From contig CAYZJZ010000009.1 of the NCBI GenBank assembly GCA_964478905.1, positions 1 to 18,159 of the forward strand: a stretch of 18,159 bases of DNA, read 5' to 3'. The notes below the pieces were generated by a model. That model saw nothing but the letters and a program-made list of their open reading frames with translations, searched no databases and was not told where the DNA came from. A program made the position numbers and the translations under genes. This document shows positions 5,608 to 13,248 of this stretch, piece by piece. The stretch comes from an uncultured Eubacteriales bacterium (lineage in GTDB: Bacteria > Bacillota > Clostridia > TANB77 > RGIG9151). Every line of letters begins with the position of its first letter. The stretch's first letter is position 1.

Positions 5608-6903
5608 ATGGATGCCGCCTTGATTACAAGGATGTTTAATGTTGGGTACAGTGTAAAAAATGAACCACCCAAGGATGTATTTGTTAAGAAGGATTCAGAT
5701 TTTAAAGACGTTTTATCTAAAAGTATGAAGGACGTAAAAAATGAGAATAAGGTTGAAAAAAAGGAAGTAAAAAGTGAGGATACTGAAAAAACTACGAATG
5801 TTGATGATGAGAAAGTTAAAGATAAGGATGTAAAAAGAAAAGATAAAAAGGACGACAAGAAAGTTAAAGATAGTGATGAAAATAAGACGGAAAATATTAA
5901 CGGATTGATTGAGCAAAAAATAAAAGATGTAGAAGAAGTACAGGATTTGGAGAAACTATTAGATACGGAAGTTGAAAATATAGAGTTAAATTTAGAGGAC
6001 GTAAATTTAGAGGATAAAATAATAAATGAAGGACTAAGCGAAAATATTGACGAAGTTGGCCCACAAAGCGTGGAAACGGAAAAAAAGACGTTGGACGAAT
6101 TTGAGAAGTTAAAAAGTAAATTGGATTCTTTAGCGGAGAAATTAGGGAGAACCAATGAGGATGACGATAAGTCGGGTATAAAATTAGATGTAGAAGAAGA
6201 TGGAAGTACGGGGGAAGATTATACTTTGTTTCAAGGAAACGAGGATAGTATTGCGAACTTTACGGAGAATGGCGATATAGAAAATAAAGATGTAAAAACT
6301 AAGGATAGTAAGTTTAAAATTACGGATTTAAGAGAAAAAAATACGTTTAACAATAATTTCGATATAAATGAAATGGATGTAAAAACTGAAAATACAGAAA
6401 TTCCAAAGTTTGATGTATCGGGTAATAGCGATGTAATAATGAGTAAAGCTGATAGATTACAGGAGCAAATAGATGTTTTAAAACAGATTACTGAAAAGGT
6501 AGATGTTCATTTGCTTGAAGACAAGTCTGAAATGCTTATTAAATTAAAGCCTGATAATTTAGGAAAAGTTACAATGCAGATTTCCGTAGAAAATGGAAAT
6601 ATATCTGCTAAGTTTTTAGCCGAAAGTGAAAAAGTAAAGGAAATTTTAGAGTCTAATATGCAGGAACTAAAAGACCAACTTGCAAAGCAGGGCATGGTAG
6701 TTCAAGATTTAAATGTGTCGGTCGGAAATGATAACAGAGAGCGACAAATGTTCGAAGGAAGAAGTGTAGGAACATTTAACAGACACAGTAGAATTAACAG
6801 AGTTGAAAATACTTCGTATTCTTCTGTTGGAGGAATATATGAAGATAACAATGAAGATTTAGCTTATTATTGGCCTGATAGTACTGTAAGTTTTTCGGCA
6901 TAA
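5608..6903 (+). CDS. fliK: Flagellar hook-length control protein FliK
   Basis: The C-terminal Flg_hook domain is recognisable (LIKLKPDNLGKVTMQISVENGNISAKFLAESEKVKEILESNMQELKDQLAKQGMVVQDLNVSV). The N-terminal half is a K/E/D-rich low-complexity 'ruler'. AGGTGG at 5594-5599 favours ATG 5608 over GTG 5596. Confidence 0.85.
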   Translation: MDAALITRMFNVGYSVKNEPPKDVFVKKDSDFKDVLSKSMKDVKNENKVEKKEVKSEDTEKTTNVDDEKVKDKDVKRKDKKDDKKVKDSDENKTENINGLIEQKIKDVEEVQDLEKLLDTEVENIELNLEDVNLEDKIINEGLSENIDEVGPQSVETEKKTLDEFEKLKSKLDSLAEKLGRTNEDDDKSGIKLDVEEDGSTGEDYTLFQGNEDSIANFTENGDIENKDVKTKDSKFKITDLREKNTFNNNFDINEMDVKTENTEIPKFDVSGNSDVIMSKADRLQEQIDVLKQITEKVDVHLLEDKSEMLIKLKPDNLGKVTMQISVENGNISAKFLAESEKVKEILESNMQELKDQLAKQGMVVQDLNVSVGNDNRERQMFEGRSVGTFNRHSRINRVENTSYSSVGGIYEDNNEDLAYYWPDSTVSFSA

Positions 6904-6925
6904 ATTTGTAAGGAGGAAATAGAGT

Positions 6926-7453
6926 ATGGCAATCGATGGTGTTAGTGGTGATTTTGCGGTAACTCCTAGTGAGTATACCGAAGGTAAAACTACGACCAGT
7001 AGTTTGGGAAAAGATGAATTTTTAAATTTATTGGTTACTCAATTACAATATCAAGATCCGCTTGATCCTTCTGATGATACGGAATTTATAGCTCAAATGG
7101 CTCAGTTTTCTTCGCTTGAACAAATGCAAAACTTAAATAATACTTTTTCTAGTTTTATGTCATATTCTTTAGTAGGTAAATATGCTACTGCGGATTATGG
7201 TACAAGCTCGATAGAAGGCTATATAGAAAGCGTTGTGAAAGCCGGAGATACTACATATGCTGTTATAGACGGTACTAGTGTAGACATTGAAGATATATAT
7301 AAAGTTACAGATGTAGCAGAAGAATTACAAGTGTTGGTTAATATTTTGAACGAATTGGTAAAAGGTAATCAATCAGCGACTGGAAATGAAGGAACTAATG
7401 ATAAGGTAGAAAATGAAATTGATAATAAAGTTGATGAAACAGTTAAAGAGTAG
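6926..7453 (+). CDS. flgD: Flagellar hook assembly/capping protein FlgD
   Basis: Canonical FlgD N-terminal motif LGKDEFLNLLVTQLQYQDPLDPSDDTEFIAQMAQFSSLEQ. AAGGAGG RBS upstream. Confidence 0.9.
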   Translation: MAIDGVSGDFAVTPSEYTEGKTTTSSLGKDEFLNLLVTQLQYQDPLDPSDDTEFIAQMAQFSSLEQMQNLNNTFSSFMSYSLVGKYATADYGTSSIEGYIESVVKAGDTTYAVIDGTSVDIEDIYKVTDVAEELQVLVNILNELVKGNQSATGNEGTNDKVENEIDNKVDETVKE

Positions 7454-7480
7454 TTTAACTCAAACTATGGGGTGGATTTG

Positions 7481-7870
7481 ATGATAATAAATAATAGGAT
7501 AATTCCCGGAGTCGGAGGTATAGGAAATATAACTTCCGGTAGTCAACCAACTCACAATGTTACAAAACCTAACTCTAATTTTGAAGATATTTTTGCAAAA
7601 AAACTTTTTGAAAATAAAGAAGTTAAGTTCTCAAAACACGCAGAGAGTAGGTTGCAAACGAGGAATATAAATCTTACCGATGAACAAAAAGGTAAGTTAA
7701 ATGACGCTGTTAATAAAGCGGGAGAGAAGAATGTTAAGGATTCATTAATTATGTTGGATGATATTGCCTTCGTAGTTAATGTGAAAGATAAAAATGTTGT
7801 TACGGTTATGAACAAGGACGAAATGAAAAATAATGTTTTCACAAATATTGATGGGGCAGTGATAGCATAG
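7481..7870 (+). CDS. Flagellar operon protein of the TIGR02530 type (small protein found between flgD and flgE in Firmicutes and spirochetes)
   Basis: The core FSKHAESRLQTRNINLT...LNDAVNKA...SLIMLDD.AFVVNV..NVVTV and its position between flgD and flgE fit this family. The start is either GTG 7472 or ATG 7481; GGGGTGG at 7469-7475 favours 7481. Confidence 0.65.
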   Translation: MIINNRIIPGVGGIGNITSGSQPTHNVTKPNSNFEDIFAKKLFENKEVKFSKHAESRLQTRNINLTDEQKGKLNDAVNKAGEKNVKDSLIMLDDIAFVVNVKDKNVVTVMNKDEMKNNVFTNIDGAVIA

Positions 7871-7909
7871 GACGGTTATTTTTTGCACCTCTAGGGAGGA
7901 AGTATACAT

Positions 7910-9799
7910 ATGATAAGATCAATGATGTCTGGTATTTCAGGACTTAGAAATCATCAGACTGCGATGGACGTTATAGGAAATAATATTTCAAATGTTAATA
8001 CTACTGGATTTAAGGCGTCTAGGGTAACATTTAGCTCAGTATTTTCTAATACAGTGGCTAATGCAACAGCGCCTAACAGTGATACCGGCACCGGCGGTAC
8101 TAATCCTATGCAAGTTGGTATGGGAGCCGGAATTGCTAACATAGATATGCTTTATACAAGTGGTAATATTGAGAGAACTGATAATCCTCTTGATGTTTCT
8201 ATTGATGGAAATGGTTTATTTATTATAAAAGCAAGCGATGCATCTAGCTATACATTCACAAGAGCGGGAGCTTTTGGTGTAGATAAACAAGGAAACTTGG
8301 TAACATCTACCGGAGCTTTGGTTTGTGGTTGGACAAAGAAGACTCAATCTGAGGGAGCTATTGAAGCTGATGGATTTGATTCTACAATGGATGCAGAGCC
8401 GATAAATGTATATATGGATCAGTATAATGGAGATAAAAGAATAATTCAACCTCAGCCTACTACTGATGTTGAGTTATCTGGTAATTTAAATGCTAATAGT
8501 AATACTGATGATGTTGTAAATATTCCTATGACTTTATATGATAATTACGGATATGAAGTACAAGCTAACTTAAAATTAGTTAAAAATGAGAATTTATCAA
8601 GATCGAATACTGTTATAAGAAATGCTAACAACCAAGCTCTTTTAGCCGGTCATAAAACAGGTACATATGTTAAACCGGTAACTAAGACAGAACCGAAATA
8701 TACTCAAGTAGTAACCGGTGAATATTATTCAATTCCTACAGATTATGTAGGTAGCACGGTTGAAGCGACAGCTGCTAATGGGTACAAGATAGGAGAAACA
8801 GTATTTAAATGTGTTATACCAGATGGAAAAGATTGGGTAACTCAATCTGAAGCTAATGGAGCTATAGATGGAGATGGTTGTGACCAAGATGGTAAATATG
8901 TGGTACCTGATGGAACTATTGCAGTAGTTGAATCTTCTAACGCAGATAATAAACCAGCAGGAACTCAATTAGAAAAGAAGTATGTAATACCTTATGGTGT
9001 TACTACTATTGATACTGCTGTTTGCAAGATTGATGCCGGAAGCTATGTTAAAGTAGAAGATGAAACTGAAATAATAGGCTATACAGAAGTTTCTTCTACA
9101 ACTACAGGAGCGTTAAAAGTATTAGATGATGAATCAGAACTTTCAATAAATACTTGGACATATTCCATTACAGTAAGCGATGAACCTGTAAAAGATGCCC
9201 AAGGTAACCCTATAACAGGAGAAGTAGTTTTCGGAAATGGTGAAAATGAAGCTGATGATTATGGTAATGTTGTATCATTGACTGATGGAAATGGAAATAG
9301 AGTTACAGATTTTAAACTTGCGCTTGATGTTAATTATGATAACAAACCGGATAACGTAGCAAAAGTTAATTTTGATTTCTCATCAATAACTCAGTATGCA
9401 GCTAAAAATTCAGCGTCTGTTTATAAGTCGAATGGTTATCCGACAGGAAAGTTACAAGAATATAGTATTGGTGATGACGGAGTTATTACCGGTATTTATT
9501 CTAACGGAAAGCAACAAGCTTTAGGAATGATTGCGCTTGCCCATTTTGATAATCCTGCGGGATTAAAGAGTGTTGGCGATAGTTCATATACTCAAACAGC
9601 TAACTCGGGAGATTTTAGAGCAGTAGTTCCGGGAGCTGAAGCTGGAAGTTTAGCGTCTAATACTTTGGAAATGTCCAATGTAGATTTATCAACAGAATTT
9701 ACAAATATGATAGTTTTCCAAAGAGGTTTCCAAGCTAATAGTAGAACTATTACTACTGCTGATGAAATGTTACAGGAATTAGTTAATTTAAAGAGATAA
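7910..9799 (+). CDS. flgE: Flagellar hook protein FlgE (long form, 629 aa)
   Basis: N-terminal rod/hook motif (MIRSMMSGISGLRNHQTAMDVIGNNISNVNTTGFK) and C-terminal motif (GSLASNTLEMSNVDLSTEFTNMIVFQRGFQANSRTITTADEMLQELVNLKR). GGGAGGAAG RBS upstream. Confidence 0.92.
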   Translation: MIRSMMSGISGLRNHQTAMDVIGNNISNVNTTGFKASRVTFSSVFSNTVANATAPNSDTGTGGTNPMQVGMGAGIANIDMLYTSGNIERTDNPLDVSIDGNGLFIIKASDASSYTFTRAGAFGVDKQGNLVTSTGALVCGWTKKTQSEGAIEADGFDSTMDAEPINVYMDQYNGDKRIIQPQPTTDVELSGNLNANSNTDDVVNIPMTLYDNYGYEVQANLKLVKNENLSRSNTVIRNANNQALLAGHKTGTYVKPVTKTEPKYTQVVTGEYYSIPTDYVGSTVEATAANGYKIGETVFKCVIPDGKDWVTQSEANGAIDGDGCDQDGKYVVPDGTIAVVESSNADNKPAGTQLEKKYVIPYGVTTIDTAVCKIDAGSYVKVEDETEIIGYTEVSSTTTGALKVLDDESELSINTWTYSITVSDEPVKDAQGNPITGEVVFGNGENEADDYGNVVSLTDGNGNRVTDFKLALDVNYDNKPDNVAKVNFDFSSITQYAAKNSASVYKSNGYPTGKLQEYSIGDDGVITGIYSNGKQQALGMIALAHFDNPAGLKSVGDSSYTQTANSGDFRAVVPGAEAGSLASNTLEMSNVDLSTEFTNMIVFQRGFQANSRTITTADEMLQELVNLKR

Positions 9800-9808
9800 T
9801 GTTTAACT

Positions 9809-9904
9809 GAGGGGGTATAAGAAACCGAAGTTTTCAATGCGTAAGAGATAGTGTTAAACTTACGATTGTTTGGATAAAATTTTCGGCTTTTTGAATCCCC
9901 TTTT
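9809..9904 (+). terminator. Long nested hairpin with T-tract after flgE (complex terminator or attenuator)
   Basis: Three nested inverted repeats: GGGG 9811-9814 / CCCC 9897-9900; CCGAA 9825-9829 / TTCGG 9882-9886 with flanking A:T pairs; CGTAAG 9840-9845 / CTTACG 9859-9864. TTTT follows at 9901-9904. Confidence 0.5.
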
Positions 9905-9928
9905 AAATTTAGTGAGAGGAATTTTGTT

Positions 9929-11368
9929 ATGAAAAAGATAATTGTACCGCTTTTAGTAAGTTCAATGCTTATTTCTACTTCATTTGGATATGTGGATGAG
10001 TCTTCTTATTTTTGGGCGAGGGATGCTGTTAACCGTTGGCAAAACAGAGGCTTAATTTCCAGTTTCCCTGACGGAACGTTTAGAGGAAATAATTATATAA
10101 CCAGAGCTGATTTAATAATTATTGCTAATAAATTAAACAATTCTATTGAAAAGGGAAATAAAAGAGTAGCGTACGATATATCAACGGAGGATTATTTTTA
10201 TAATGATATATGCACGGCTGTGAATAAAGGAATGATAGAGGTAGACGATAGCGGTAAGGTAAGACCTTGGGAATACGCTACGAGAGAAGAAACTATGGCG
10301 ATTTTTGCCGGGTTATTTAACTTGTCATATAGCGGAAATGCGTATGATTATTTAAATGAAAAGTTTAGTGATGTAGCTAAGTTGAATTATGACAATTTAA
10401 AAAAGGTAGTTGCTGTTGTGGATGCCGGATTTATTAGTGGTTATGAGGACGGAAGTTTAAGACCTAAGAATAATATTACTCGTGCTGAGATAATTGCGAT
10501 GATTGATAAAATGATAAAAGAAGTTTATAGCAAGGGGAAATATTCTAATCTTGTGATTAATGGAAGTGTAATTATAAATGGCGAAGATGTTAAGATTAGT
10601 GATTCGGAAATAAAAGGTAAACTTTTTATTATGGATGGTGTAAAAGAATCTTTGCCTACTATAACGGATACTAATATAGGGCAAGGAATTTCGTCTAGAG
10701 TTGGCTTAGTTACTGTTGAAAAAACTGACGGATTATCTACATTAACAGAATTGAATAATGGAGAAACTTATAACGAGCCGATTTTAGGATATATACGATA
10801 TGATGAAAGAGACTGGACTAATGAAAATGTTCGGGCGACATTAAAACTTGACGAAAAAGGTTATGAAATTGTAAATAATAACGGTAAAAAGTATTATGAT
10901 TTTGAGAATAATGGCGAGTTTGTTTTTGAGTGTGAAAAAGACGGACATATAACAAAGTTTATTGCTGAGGTAGAAAATATAGATAAAGTTGTACCAAGGA
11001 TAACTGCTGAAATAACCGGCGGTAATGTAAATATAACGATAAGTGACGATGGATTAAGCCCTATAATTTTTACTGCATATGAAAAAGGAGATGTAAGAGC
11101 TAGCAGAGCGATAGAGGGTACAAAAATCGAAAATAATTCGTTTTCTGTTAGTGAAATAGGTAAGTATACAATTGCGGCAGAGGATGAGGCTGGGAACATC
11201 GGAAAAACGGTAATTGAAATTAAAGAACTTTCTTCCGGCGATAGCTTAGAGAATGATTCGTCAAGCGTAGTGACTCCGAATGATGGAACACAAACTGTCG
11301 AAATTCCTCTTGATGGAAGTCAAACTTCCGATGTATCAAGTGATGAAACAACAGGTGTTAACAATTAA
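9929..11368 (+). CDS. Secreted S-layer-homology (SLH) domain protein with C-terminal Ig-like region
   Basis: Signal peptide (MKKIIVPLLVSSMLISTSFG). Three SLH repeats (FWARDAVNRW...FPDGTFRGNNYITRADL; YFYNDICTAVNKGMI...VRPWEYATREE; FSDVAKLNYD...GYEDGSLRPKNNITRAEI). The C-terminus is beta-rich with a Ser/Thr-rich tail. Confidence 0.8.
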   Translation: MKKIIVPLLVSSMLISTSFGYVDESSYFWARDAVNRWQNRGLISSFPDGTFRGNNYITRADLIIIANKLNNSIEKGNKRVAYDISTEDYFYNDICTAVNKGMIEVDDSGKVRPWEYATREETMAIFAGLFNLSYSGNAYDYLNEKFSDVAKLNYDNLKKVVAVVDAGFISGYEDGSLRPKNNITRAEIIAMIDKMIKEVYSKGKYSNLVINGSVIINGEDVKISDSEIKGKLFIMDGVKESLPTITDTNIGQGISSRVGLVTVEKTDGLSTLTELNNGETYNEPILGYIRYDERDWTNENVRATLKLDEKGYEIVNNNGKKYYDFENNGEFVFECEKDGHITKFIAEVENIDKVVPRITAEITGGNVNITISDDGLSPIIFTAYEKGDVRASRAIEGTKIENNSFSVSEIGKYTIAAEDEAGNIGKTVIEIKELSSGDSLENDSSSVVTPNDGTQTVEIPLDGSQTSDVSSDETTGVNN

Positions 11369-11380
11369 TTTCTAATGTCG

Positions 11381-11433
11381 AAAAAAGTCAATAAATAGAG
11401 AAAAATAATCATCTCGTATTTATTGACTTTTTT
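11381..11433 (+). terminator. Rho-independent terminator after the SLH gene
   Basis: AAAAAAGTCAATAAATA (11381-11397) pairs with TATTTATTGACTTTTTT (11417-11433) around a 19-nt loop. The T-run is at the 3' end. Confidence 0.7.
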
Positions 11434-11538
11434 CTATTTAAATAGTAAAAATTAAGTTGAAAAGTGTATTAAATTAAACTGCTTTTATCAGCAAGATATA
11501 TAGTTATCGCTAATGTATGAACTAAATATAGTATAAAA

Positions 11539-11556
11539 TTCGAAAATATTTTCGAA
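11539..11556. promoter_or_regulatory. 18-bp perfect palindrome TTCGAAAATATTTTCGAA upstream of the recA -35
   Basis: The sequence is self-complementary. Its core CGAAAATATTTTCG (11541-11554) ends 9 nt before the -35 TTGACA. Confidence 0.45.
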
Positions 11557-11563
11557 AAAACTA

Positions 11564-11592
11564 TTGACAAAAGCGAAAACAAAAAATATAAT
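11564..11592 (+). promoter_or_regulatory. recA SigA promoter, consensus TTGACA-17-TATAAT
   Basis: TTGACA at 11564-11569, a 17-nt spacer, and TATAAT at 11587-11592. Confidence 0.8.
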
Positions 11593-11598
11593 CAGTTT

Positions 11599-11612
11599 AG
11601 AACAAATGTTCA
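11599..11612 (+). promoter_or_regulatory. LexA operator (Cheo box) AGAACAAATGTTCA at the recA transcription start region
   Basis: GAAC-N4-GTTC core lies 7 nt downstream of the -10, the typical position for recA SOS boxes in Firmicutes. Confidence 0.8.
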
Positions 11613-11655
11613 ATACAAATGATTATTGCTAACAACGGTCAGAATGGAGGATAAT

Positions 11656-12723
11656 ATGGCTAATAATACTAATAATGCGGTTAATGAAGAAAGAAAAAAA
11701 GCGTTAGAAGCCGCTATGGCTCAAATTGAAAAACAATTCGGAAAAGGTTCTGTTATGAAGTTAGGGGAAGTTTCGGCTATGAATGTAGAGGCTATACCTA
11801 CCGGGTCTTTAAGTTTAGATATTGCTTTGGGTATTGGCGGAGTTCCAAGAGGAAGAGTTGTAGAAATTTTTGGACCTGAGTCTTCCGGTAAGACTACTGT
11901 TGCTCTCCATGTAATTGCTGAAGCCCAAAAAATGGGCGGAGAGGCTGCTTTTATTGATGCGGAGCATGCATTAGATCCGGTATATGCGAAGAAATTAGGA
12001 GTAAATATAGATAATTTAATAGTTTCTCAACCTGATACGGGTGAACAAGCTTTAGAGATTTGTGAAGCTTTGGTAAGAAGTGGCGCTATTGACGTTGTTG
12101 TAGTTGACTCTGTTGCTGCGTTAGTTCCTAAAGCTGAAATAGATGGAGAAATGGGCGATGCATTCGTAGGTCTTCAAGCTAGATTAATGTCCCAAGCTCT
12201 AAGAAAATTAACCGGTGTAATTAATAAGTCTAAAACTACTGTTATTTTTATTAACCAATTAAGAGAAAAAGTTGGAATTATGTTTGGAAATCCTGAAACT
12301 ACTCCAGGTGGAAGAGCGTTAAAGTTCTATTCTTCTGTACGACTTGATGTTAGAAGAGTAGAGACATTAAAAAGAGCTGATCAAGTTATCGGTAATAGAA
12401 CTAAAGTTAAAGTAGTAAAGAATAAAGTTGCGCCTCCTTTTAGAGAAGCTGAGTTTGATATAATGTATGGAGAAGGAATTTCGAAAGAGGGAAATATTTT
12501 AGATATTGCGGCTAACTTGGATATTATAAATAAGAGTGGTGCTTGGTTCTCATATGAGGGTCAAAGACTTGCCCAAGGTAGAGATAATGCTAAACAATAT
12601 TTAAAAGATAATCCTAAAATTATGGAGGAAGTTGAAAAGAAGGTAAGAGCTAGTTTTAATGAGGCTTTTGCCAGCAGTTTAGGAAATGAAACTGAAAAAG
12701 ATAATGAAACAACTGAAGAATAG
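11656..12723 (+). CDS. recA: Recombinase RecA
   Basis: Walker A (GPESSGKTT), [10 protein letters not shown], and the L1/L2 regions ([40 protein letters not shown]). GGAGG at 11646-11650 favours ATG 11656 (MANNTNN...) over the TTG at 11626 in the ORF track. Confidence 0.97.
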   Translation: MANNTNNAVNEERKKALEAAMAQIEKQFGKGSVMKLGEVSAMNVEAIPTGSLSLDIALGIGGVPRGRVVEIFGPESSGKTTVALHVIAEAQKMGGEAAFIDAEHALDPVYAKKLGVNIDNLIVSQPDTGEQALEICEALVRSGAIDVVVVDSVAALVPKAEIDGEMGDAFVGLQARLMSQALRKLTGVINKSKTTVIFINQLREKVGIMFGNPETTPGGRALKFYSSVRLDVRRVETLKRADQVIGNRTKVKVVKNKVAPPFREAEFDIMYGEGISKEGNILDIAANLDIINKSGAWFSYEGQRLAQGRDNAKQYLKDNPKIMEEVEKKVRASFNEAFASSLGNETEKDNETTEE

Positions 12724-12738
12724 TATAAATACAAGTGG

Positions 12739-12770
12739 TAGGCGGGGGAAATTCCGCCTATTTTCTTTTT
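12739..12770 (+). terminator. Intrinsic terminator/attenuator between recA and recX
   Basis: The TAGGCGG (12739-12745) / CCGCCTA (12754-12760) stem is followed by TTTTCTTTTT. Confidence 0.75.
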
Positions 12771-12782
12771 GGAGGAGAATGT

Positions 12783-13238
12783 ATGGAAAAAACGCCGGAA
12801 TATATAAAGGCCAGAGCGAGAGCTATAAAATATATAATGTATAAAACACGAACGAGTAAAGAAGTTTATGATAAGCTTTTAGAATTGGAATTTAATAGTG
12901 AAGTTATAAATCAAGTAATTTTTGATTTAAAACAGCTTGAATATATAAATGACGAGGAATATGTAAAAAAATTTATTGAAAGTAATAAAAAAAGTAAAAA
13001 AATTTCAAAAAGTATGATAAAATTAAAATTGAAAAACAAAGGTATTGATAATGAAGTTATAGAAAAATACTTTGTTGAGTTAGATTTTGACGATTTTGGT
13101 GCAATAGAAAAATTACTTGTAAAAAAGAAATTTAGTAATGATTTGCCTTTTGAAGAGAAAAATAAGATAGTTGCTTACTGCGTAAGAAAAGGTTTTTCTT
13201 TAGATGATGTAATAAAGGCTACGAAGGAGATTAAGTGA
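12783..13238 (+). CDS. recX: RecA regulator RecX
   Basis: Position directly after recA. Helical-repeat sequence (ARAIKYIMYKTRTSKEVYDKL..., INDEEYVKKFIES, ...VAYCVRKGFSLDDV) is typical of RecX. GGAGGAG at 12771-12777 places the start at ATG 12783, not the GTG at 12735, which overlaps the terminator. Confidence 0.8.
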   Translation: MEKTPEYIKARARAIKYIMYKTRTSKEVYDKLLELEFNSEVINQVIFDLKQLEYINDEEYVKKFIESNKKSKKISKSMIKLKLKNKGIDNEVIEKYFVELDFDDFGAIEKLLVKKKFSNDLPFEEKNKIVAYCVRKGFSLDDVIKATKEIK

Positions 13239-13248
13239 GGTAATAAAT

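Noticed and set aside
5680-5900. Apparent repetitive DNA (recurring GTTAAAGAT / GATGTAAAAA strings) that might suggest a repeat array
   Set aside because: There is no regular repeat-spacer periodicity. The recurrence reflects Lys/Asp/Glu/Val-rich low-complexity coding sequence in the FliK ruler region. It is not a CRISPR or tandem repeat.
5490-6155. 221-aa ORF on the minus strand
   Set aside because: It lies entirely antisense to the K/E/D-rich low-complexity half of fliK. Its Ser/Phe/Leu-rich product is the expected mirror of GAA/AAA-rich coding DNA. It has no RBS, and its 5' end overlaps the promoter region of the 77-aa gene.
11626-11655. N-terminal extensions in the ORF track: recA from TTG 11626, recX from GTG 12735, 1902 TTG, fliK GTG 5596, 7472 GTG
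   Set aside because: In each case a downstream ATG has a properly spaced Shine-Dalgarno. For recA and recX the extension would overlap the LexA box/5' UTR or the terminator hairpin. I treat them as six-frame artefacts. 7472 versus 7481 remains ambiguous.
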